From positions 1 through 28,462 of the IMG/VR virus record IMGVR_UViG_3300048999_000131: a stretch of DNA of 28,462 bases. One strand, 5' to 3'. Numbering within the stretch: position 1 is the stretch's first letter; the number at the start of each line of letters is the position of its first letter. Positions 21,845-28,462 of the stretch are shown here, one piece after another. The notes under the pieces were generated by a model. It saw nothing but the letters and a program-made list of their open reading frames with translations, had not been told where the DNA came from and made no database searches. The position numbers were made by a program, and so were the translations under genes. Origin of the DNA: a virus. Lineage: Duplodnaviria > Caudoviricetes.

Positions 21845-24388
21845 GTGGGCAGCTTCATCTATGCGCCGCAGATCAAGGTCTACATCGAGACCGGCGGGAA
21901 CCCTCAGGGCAACCGCAAGGTCCAGACCCTGGACGTATCGGACGACCTGATCTCCGGCCAGCTCACCCGGCGCGTGGACGGCGTGTCCGACTTCCAGTTC
22001 TCGCTGCTCAATCCGCGCAGGAAGTACGACCAGGTCTTCACCCCGAACGACCGGATCACCGTGCTCATGAAGCGGGTGACCTGGCTGCGGGTATTCACCG
22101 GCTATCTCAACCAGGTCCCGCTGATGACCGCGTGGCCGCGCAACGTCCAGCTCACAGCCTCGTGCTCCCTGAAGCGGCTCCAGTACTGGTACTGGGACCC
22201 GGAGTCGGCCTACACGCAGCAGATGATCATGAACTCCCTGTCCGCTGCTGCGGGGACAGGCCAGACGAACGACGGCGGCATGACCAACGTCGTGCTGACC
22301 GTACTCAAGGAGGTCGTCGGCTGGCCGGAGTCCAAGGTCCATATCGCCAAGATCCCGGACGACTGGTTCAAGGTCGCCTACAAGATCGCCCAGCAGGTCG
22401 ACAAGAGCGCCCAGGAGTCCGACGACCTTGCCCAGCAGTTCTTCCAGTCCCTTGGCGGCGCCGGGACGACCGGAGGGACCACCGGGGGAGAGGTAGCCGA
22501 CACCACGGGCCTCAAGGGCACCTACGGCGGCTACAACTCCAAGGACCAGCTCTCCAACGCGGTCAAGATCTACAACGCGGGCCGCTCCATGGGCGCGACC
22601 AAGAACGACCAGATCTGCGCGATCATGACGGCCATGCAGGAGTCCGGTCTCGTCAACCTGGACCACGGTGACCTGGACTCCGTCGGCCTGTTCCAGCAGC
22701 GCCCCTCCCAGGGCTGGGGCACCAAGTCCCAGTGCATGGACCCGACATACGCGGCCAAGAAGTTCTTCCAGACCCTGTTCAACATCACCAACCGGGCCAA
22801 GATGTCGCTCAGCGTCGTCTGCCAGAAGGTCCAGCGTTCGGCCTACCCGGACGCCTACGCCAAGCACCAGCCCGCCGCGACGGCCATGGTCAACGACATG
22901 TCGAAGTCCGGCGGCACCTCGGACATCGTCACCTCGGGCAAGCCCTCCGCCGGGGCCACCGGCACCGCGACCAACAAGCAGCTCATCCAGGTCGCCAAGG
23001 ACCTCGTCACGACCTACCCGAGCATCCCGTACACCCAGAAGTACGGCGGGACCCAGCTCGCGGTCATCTCGAAGAACCCGCCTCCCGGCCTGGACTGCTC
23101 CTCGTTCATCCAGGCGGTCGTACTGCGGGCGCTCGGCGGCCTCTACAACTTCCCGCGCACCACCACGACGCAGCTCCCCTTCTGCCGCAAGGTCTCGGTG
23201 GCGGTGGCCATGAAGACCCCAGGCGCACTGCTCTTCAAGGGCTCCCCGCCCCACCACGTCGAGATGAGCATCGGCGACGGCAAGCACACGGTGGGAGCGC
23301 ACCGCACGGGCACGTACGCCTCGGTCGAGGCCATCGGTGCCTCGTACTGGGACACGGGCGCCCTGATCCCCCGGATCGACTACGGCACGCTGGGCATGGG
23401 AGATGGCTCTGCGGACGGCGGAACGACCACGGACACCCCAGGAGCCACGGCGGCCGGAACGGTCTATACGGACCCGTACAACACCACTCCGGGGTACAAC
23501 GCCAACGACCCCTTCGACAAGCTCTTCGGGGACACGGCGTGGCAGCCGGTGGCGAGCCAGAAGAACGACACCGGCTACATCCTCAGCCAGTCCCTGACCG
23601 GCATCAAGAGCCTGCTCAACGACCAGCCCTTGCTGCCGTACCTGAAGAACCTCTTCTCGGCGACCATGAGGTCCTTCTGCTCGGCTCCGAACGGCGACCT
23701 GATCTCCTGGTTCCCGGACTACTACGGCCTGTGGGGGACCTCGGCCAAGATGGTCGTGCAGCCGATCGAGGTGAAGGACTTCTCGGTCACCTGGGACGAC
23801 AGCTTCTTCGTGACCCACCAGTTCGTCGCCACGACCCCGCAGGGAGGCGCCGGGCAGAACGGCCTCAACCTGGCCACGGGGGAGGTCTCCTCGCTCGTGA
23901 GCGCGGCCCTGGATCCCCTGGTGGTCGCCCAGAACCTGAGCTACACGCGGGGTATCGCCTCGATCGACATCCCGGCCCTGATGTACGCCCTCTTCAAGGT
24001 CGACGCCACCGAGCAGGCGGCGTCGGACTTCGCCCAGTGGATCTACCAGCGCTTCGGCGCCCGGCCGGACTTCCAGCAGCTTCCGAACCTCGTGGGGCCG
24101 TCGGCACAGTTCTTCGCCTCGATCTACTACTTCATGCGTCAGTGGGCATACCAATACAACGCCGACGTACCCCTGACGTTCATGCCGGAGCTGTACCCCG
24201 GCATGTTGCTCCAGATCCCGGCCTTCAGCTTCCAGGGATACGTCAACTCGGTGACCCACAGCTTCCAGTTCGGGGACGACGGCTTCTTCAACACCACGGT
24301 GAACATCTCCGCCCCGGCCCGCCTCTCGGACACCGGCAACGCGGCGGACGTCCTGATCGGCCTGCCCCGCGCAGGCGGTCTGATCTGA
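21845..24388 (+). CDS. Baseplate hub protein with inserted lysozyme-like and NlpC/P60 peptidoglycan-hydrolase domains
   Basis: AIMTAMQESGL...DSVGLFQQRPSQGWG (lysozyme-like); GLDCSSFI...HHVEMSIG (NlpC/P60 Cys-His); hub-like termini (FMPELYPGMLLQI...YVNSVTHSF). Confidence 0.82.
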   Translation: MGSFIYAPQIKVYIETGGNPQGNRKVQTLDVSDDLISGQLTRRVDGVSDFQFSLLNPRRKYDQVFTPNDRITVLMKRVTWLRVFTGYLNQVPLMTAWPRNVQLTASCSLKRLQYWYWDPESAYTQQMIMNSLSAAAGTGQTNDGGMTNVVLTVLKEVVGWPESKVHIAKIPDDWFKVAYKIAQQVDKSAQESDDLAQQFFQSLGGAGTTGGTTGGEVADTTGLKGTYGGYNSKDQLSNAVKIYNAGRSMGATKNDQICAIMTAMQESGLVNLDHGDLDSVGLFQQRPSQGWGTKSQCMDPTYAAKKFFQTLFNITNRAKMSLSVVCQKVQRSAYPDAYAKHQPAATAMVNDMSKSGGTSDIVTSGKPSAGATGTATNKQLIQVAKDLVTTYPSIPYTQKYGGTQLAVISKNPPPGLDCSSFIQAVVLRALGGLYNFPRTTTTQLPFCRKVSVAVAMKTPGALLFKGSPPHHVEMSIGDGKHTVGAHRTGTYASVEAIGASYWDTGALIPRIDYGTLGMGDGSADGGTTTDTPGATAAGTVYTDPYNTTPGYNANDPFDKLFGDTAWQPVASQKNDTGYILSQSLTGIKSLLNDQPLLPYLKNLFSATMRSFCSAPNGDLISWFPDYYGLWGTSAKMVVQPIEVKDFSVTWDDSFFVTHQFVATTPQGGAGQNGLNLATGEVSSLVSAALDPLVVAQNLSYTRGIASIDIPALMYALFKVDATEQAASDFAQWIYQRFGARPDFQQLPNLVGPSAQFFASIYYFMRQWAYQYNADVPLTFMPELYPGMLLQIPAFSFQGYVNSVTHSFQFGDDGFFNTTVNISAPARLSDTGNAADVLIGLPRAGGLI

Positions 24389-24398
24389 GGAGGGCGGC

Positions 24399-25205
24399 AT
24401 GTACCAGTCGGTCTTGGCCAAGCGGCAGGGCACCGGTTCCTCGGGAACCGGGTTCGCCTTCGTGCTCGTGGACATCAAAGAGGTTCATCCCGACACGAAC
24501 ATCTGCCTCGCGCGGGACGTGGACAACAACGCGAGCTACTACCAGCTCGGGCTGAACAAGCGCGGGGAAACCGCGTGGCCCCAGGTGGGGGAACAGTGGA
24601 TCATCGACCGTTCGATGGGTCACTGGATGCTCCAGTGCAAGGTCACCGACACCCAGGCGCCGGTCTTCACCGGCAACTTCTCCACGATGGACGCCGACCT
24701 TCTCCGCCTGGTGACGATCTTCCAGGGTCTCGGCCTGATCCAGGACGGCACGACGTCCGGCACGGTCCCGTCCATCACCGGCTCCAAGGCCCAGATCTCT
24801 CCGGCCGTCCAGCAGATCATCACGATCCTGGCCGCCAAAGGGGTCCTGCACGATGCCACGACGGCCGCCACGGTCGCGGTGGACACCTGGATCACCCCGA
24901 CTCTCGCGGCGGGCTGGACGCCCTTCACTGCGGGTGTGGCGCCCCGCTTCAAGCTCAACTACGACAACACCGTGACCGTGGAGGGGCGGGCGGTCCCTCC
25001 GGGCACCGTGACGGCAGGAGATCTCGTCTTCACGATCGATGCCGGGTTCCAGCCGCCCGTCTCGAAGTACTTCACGACCATGGTCGCCAACAGCGCGGTG
25101 GGCAACCTGATCTTCGGGGCCGATCGGAGCGTGAGGATCTGGGACTTCGGGGCCACCACGGTGACCCGGCTGCTCATGCAGTGCCGCTACTCGCTGCTGC
25201 CCTGA
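24399..25205 (+). CDS. Putative baseplate spike/minor tail protein
   Basis: OB-fold-like N-terminus (WPQVGEQWII), RBS GAGGAGGG, between the hub and the gp25-like gene. Confidence 0.5.
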   Translation: MYQSVLAKRQGTGSSGTGFAFVLVDIKEVHPDTNICLARDVDNNASYYQLGLNKRGETAWPQVGEQWIIDRSMGHWMLQCKVTDTQAPVFTGNFSTMDADLLRLVTIFQGLGLIQDGTTSGTVPSITGSKAQISPAVQQIITILAAKGVLHDATTAATVAVDTWITPTLAAGWTPFTAGVAPRFKLNYDNTVTVEGRAVPPGTVTAGDLVFTIDAGFQPPVSKYFTTMVANSAVGNLIFGADRSVRIWDFGATTVTRLLMQCRYSLLP

Positions 25206-25239
25206 TGTCCGGCGAACCTCCTCGCCGCTGAAAGGGTGA
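25206..25239 (+). promoter_or_regulatory. Putative late promoter motif
   Basis: TGTC-N20-GAAAGGGTGA. Confidence 0.6.
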
Positions 25240-25250
25240 GGAGGTGGCCC

Positions 25251-25676
25251 ATGAAGACGCTGGCCCTGTCCGGCGGAGACCTGGTCCTGGGGTCCGGCGG
25301 ACTCCAGATGCTGGACGGCCCTGCCAAGATCCGCCAGGACGTGGCGCTGTGTCTGGGCGAGGAGTACGGGCTCGACCCCTACCATTCCGGCTGGGGCTCT
25401 GTGCTGAAGAAGTACATCGGCCTCCCCATCACCGGGGACACGCCCATGCTGGTCCAGGCCGAGGTGAACCGGGTCCTCCAGCAGTACATCACCAACCAGC
25501 AGGCCCGTCTGGACGCTGCCGCGCTGAACAACCAGCAGCACACCGTCACGACGAACGAGATCATCCGTACGGTGAACTCGGTCGACGTCTCCGTGCTGTT
25601 CGACACGGTCTCGGTCCTGATCAACCTCACGACCATGGCCGGACAGACGATGACGATCTCCAGGACGGTGAGCTAG
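25251..25676 (+). CDS. Baseplate wedge protein (gp25/GpW-like)
   Basis: GDLVL...KIRQDVALCL.E..G.DPYH.GWGS.L; RBS GAGGAGG. Confidence 0.75.
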   Translation: MKTLALSGGDLVLGSGGLQMLDGPAKIRQDVALCLGEEYGLDPYHSGWGSVLKKYIGLPITGDTPMLVQAEVNRVLQQYITNQQARLDAAALNNQQHTVTTNEIIRTVNSVDVSVLFDTVSVLINLTTMAGQTMTISRTVS

Positions 25677-27505
25677 TGGCGACCACTCAGGCGGACATCG
25701 CCTCCCAGATGAAGGCCGCCCTCACGGTCTCCATGCCGGAGCTGGACACCTCCGTGGGAACCCCGGCGGCCAAGATCCTGGACGCGGTGGCAGGCTCCGT
25801 CTCGGACGCGTATGTGGAGAACCAGCTCCTGACGTACACGTACGACATCGACTCCAAGACCGATGCCGACCTGGACAGCTTCTGCCAGCTCTTCGGCATC
25901 GCGCGGCTTCCGGCCAAGCGGGCGACCGGCACGGTCACCTTCACCCGGGGGTCGGAGAACACTGACGCGATCGTGTTCATCCCGATCAACTTCCAGATCA
26001 CCTCGTCGACCGACACCGGGATCATCTTCCAGACGGTCACCGGCGCGACCATGAACGTGGGGACTCTCTCGGTCTCCGTTCCGGTCCAGGCGGTCGACGC
26101 GGGCCCCGGCGGCAACATCGGCCCGAACCTGATCACGAACATGTCCTCGCCCATCCAGGGTGTGGCCTCGGTGACCAACACGGCGGCCACCACCGGCGGT
26201 GTGGACCAGGAGACGGATACCGCGCTGCGGGCCCGCTGGAAGGCCACGGTCTTCCGGAACATGGCGGGCACCGAGGACATGTTCCTCGGCATCGCCCTGA
26301 ATGATCCCGACTGCTTCGCGGCCCAGGTGGTCACGGCCACCAAGTCGATCCGGGAGCAGGTTCAGATCGTCTCCGGCGCCGCAACCTCCACGGTCAACGA
26401 CGCCAAGTACGTCTTCGGCACGCCGGTCTTCCTCGGTGAGGACATCGACAACGGCGACGTCTTCGTGAACGGACACGACTACACCTTCACCGCGACCGTG
26501 CCTCCCACGGTGACCGTGAACAACGCCACGGTGATCCCCGACGGCACGATCTGTGACCTGGAGTACCAGTACACGCCGAACGCCTCCCGGTCGGACCCGG
26601 CCAACGCGATCCTGAACCGGATCGACGTATGGTGTGCGGGTGCCCGCGCGGTGGCTGCTCAGCAGTCCACGGTTTTTAAAAACACGGTCACCTTCACCAC
26701 CTCCGGCACGATGAACCGGACGGGCTTCGTACGGCCGGACGGCACCAACCCGACCAACGCGAACGTGTACATCCCGCTCGCGTATGGGCCGATCCTCACG
26801 GTCTCTCCGACGATCACCATCGCGTCCACGACGTACGGTCTCGCCACGGTCGCCAACCCCATGGGCACGGTCACCGGCGGGGTCACGTACGCCTACCAGA
26901 TCGTCCACGACAACACCTCGGCCGGATGGACGCCCATGTCCCGCTTCGGCCTGGAGTGGAACGCGGGGACCCTCCCGGCCAACAACGCGGTCTTCACCGT
27001 GGGCGTGGACGGCGCGTACACGTACAACGACATCCCCACGGCCGTGCAGAAGGAGATCGACTCCTGGCGCCTGGCCGGTACGGACGCGCGGGCGCATCAG
27101 GCGACCAACGCCCTGCTGCGCTTCTCCTTCGCGATCATGTACGACCGGAACGCCTACCCGCCCCAGGTCAATCAGGCGATCAACTCGGCCCTGTCGAGCT
27201 GGCTCAACTCGCTCGGACTCTCGGCCGTGGTCCAGGTCTCCGACGCCCTCCAGACCGTCCACAACGTGCCCGGCGTGGACAACGTCCGCTTCCTCAACGG
27301 TTCGGACTACCCGACCTGGACTTTCCCCACCACGAACAACTTCGCGGTAGGCGTCCAGCGCCTGACCCCTACCGGAACCGTGCAGACCTCGTACGTCACC
27401 TCCACCGGCCGCTCGCTGGACGTGAACTTCACCGACTCCGAGGTCCCGCAGTTCGGCGGAGGCATCTACGCACAGAAGGCCCAGAACTCGTGGGGGGCGT
27501 ACTGA
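25676..27505 (+). CDS. Baseplate J-like protein
   Basis: GTG overlapping the upstream TAG; LDSFCQLFGIARLPAKRATGTVTFTR and VTNTAATTGGVDQETDTALRAR. Confidence 0.88.
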   Translation: MATTQADIASQMKAALTVSMPELDTSVGTPAAKILDAVAGSVSDAYVENQLLTYTYDIDSKTDADLDSFCQLFGIARLPAKRATGTVTFTRGSENTDAIVFIPINFQITSSTDTGIIFQTVTGATMNVGTLSVSVPVQAVDAGPGGNIGPNLITNMSSPIQGVASVTNTAATTGGVDQETDTALRARWKATVFRNMAGTEDMFLGIALNDPDCFAAQVVTATKSIREQVQIVSGAATSTVNDAKYVFGTPVFLGEDIDNGDVFVNGHDYTFTATVPPTVTVNNATVIPDGTICDLEYQYTPNASRSDPANAILNRIDVWCAGARAVAAQQSTVFKNTVTFTTSGTMNRTGFVRPDGTNPTNANVYIPLAYGPILTVSPTITIASTTYGLATVANPMGTVTGGVTYAYQIVHDNTSAGWTPMSRFGLEWNAGTLPANNAVFTVGVDGAYTYNDIPTAVQKEIDSWRLAGTDARAHQATNALLRFSFAIMYDRNAYPPQVNQAINSALSSWLNSLGLSAVVQVSDALQTVHNVPGVDNVRFLNGSDYPTWTFPTTNNFAVGVQRLTPTGTVQTSYVTSTGRSLDVNFTDSEVPQFGGGIYAQKAQNSWGAY

Positions 27506-27506
27506 G

Positions 27507-28462
27507 ATGACGACGCCGATCTTCAATCAGTCGACGAGCTTCTTCGACACCTCGGCGACGACGAACACCGGGATCATCCCGCTCCAGTCGGACCCGGCCG
27601 GACCGGCTGTCACGGGCGTCGAGCGCGCCACGAACATGCTGCTCCCGGACGCTCCGACGATGCAGCAGCTCAGCAACTTCCCGGACGACCTGTACGACCT
27701 GCGGGAGACTTCGGCGCTCGTACGGCTCATGAAGGTGCTGCTCGGCGACGCCGGGGTGGGCCAGCTCCGCAAGCGCACCATGGTGACCCGGCTGGAGTCG
27801 GCCCTCAACGGGGCGAACTTCTTCGACCTGGACCGTTTCTACGGCGCCATCTTCGGTGCCCTGCGCAACCCGGCCGAAGCCCTCGTGATCAACCCCATGG
27901 ACGACGTCGCCACGCCGGACGAGTGGGACTCGATCAAGGCGGCCGACGCCTCGTTCCGAGAGCGCATCTCCGAGCTGGCGAAGGCCATCGCTATGGGAGG
28001 CACCATCCCGGGCCTCCAGCAGGCCGCTGAGGCCATCGTGCAGGCCCCGGTGGACATCTACGAGTCCTGGCAGCTCCTGGACGCCTACGGGGACGTTCTC
28101 AGCTCCAGCCCCAACACCTGGGACGAGACCGAGGTCCTCTTCCCGACCTGGCAGAGCTTTCCGTCCACCACGACCTGGAATCGCGTGGAGGGCACCATTC
28201 AGGTCGGCCGGACCAATACCCTCTCGCGCTCCGAGATCATCGTGCGGCCCCGGAAGGACTACGCCTCCACGCCGGAGCACATCTACGACTTCCCGCGCGA
28301 GGAGAACGCGATCGTCCGCGTACTCCAGAAGCTGCGCCCGGCAGGAACGATCGTCACCGTCGACCCCGACATGGGCGACCCCTACGTGGCCACGAGTATC
28401 TCCGGCCTCCAGGCCGACTCGGAGTTCTGGGAGATCGTCCCCAAGGTCCAGCCCAAGAGCGG
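27507..28462 (+). CDS. Baseplate wedge/tail protein (3'-truncated by window)
   Basis: ATG at 27507 (MTTPIFNQ...); frame appears open to the window end; FFDLDRFYGAIFG and GGTIPGLQQAAEAI; follows baseplate J. Confidence 0.7.
   Translation, partial: MTTPIFNQSTSFFDTSATTNTGIIPLQSDPAGPAVTGVERATNMLLPDAPTMQQLSNFPDDLYDLRETSALVRLMKVLLGDAGVGQLRKRTMVTRLESALNGANFFDLDRFYGAIFGALRNPAEALVINPMDDVATPDEWDSIKAADASFRERISELAKAIAMGGTIPGLQQAAEAIVQAPVDIYESWQLLDAYGDVLSSSPNTWDETEVLFPTWQSFPSTTTWNRVEGTIQVGRTNTLSRSEIIVRPRKDYASTPEHIYDFPREENAIVRVLQKLRPAGTIVTVDPDMGDPYVATSISGLQADSEFWEIVPKVQPKS

Noticed and set aside
12761-27526. Long minus-strand ORFs (12761-15568, 17510-20860, 21821-24478, 25673-27526)
   Set aside because: Antisense shadows of high-GC3 plus-strand genes, with no motifs or RBS.

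Overview
High-GC actinobacteriophage (probably Streptomyces-infecting) virion-structure region of a contractile-tailed phage or prophage. The + strand runs from the 3' end of the major capsid gene through Fn3 and fibre proteins, head-tail joining genes, sheath, tube, a frameshifted tail chaperone, tape measure and baseplate. The standout is a mostly minus-strand accessory island (705-3193) right after the capsid gene. It encodes a stand-alone Cas7/RAMP-like protein, a partner gene, an HTH protein and a tRNA-His, plus six small-RNA-like units made of 5-nt GGY-NN repeats; a seventh unit lies at 7985-8091. Reading only the variable NN pairs and skipping every third target base gives a gapped code. 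Two units match neighbouring genes in codon phase at 17/20 bases (capsid ...ILINPFD; fibre YLxPQDRLxF). Three others spell motifs resembling an SF2 helicase (RRLYMTAT), a terminase (DYGTTNP) and DnaE (ETYGVVIWH). This suggests an RNA-guided, wobble-skipping anti-competitor system, similar to what I recall being reported as VIPR (unverified here). Also present: a six-copy late promoter motif (TGTC-N20-GAARGGGTG), a candidate pseudoknotted ncRNA, His-rich ParB-like and Arr-like ADP-ribosyltransferase cargo proteins, and a free-standing HNH gene. All product calls come from motif reading and synteny, not database searches.
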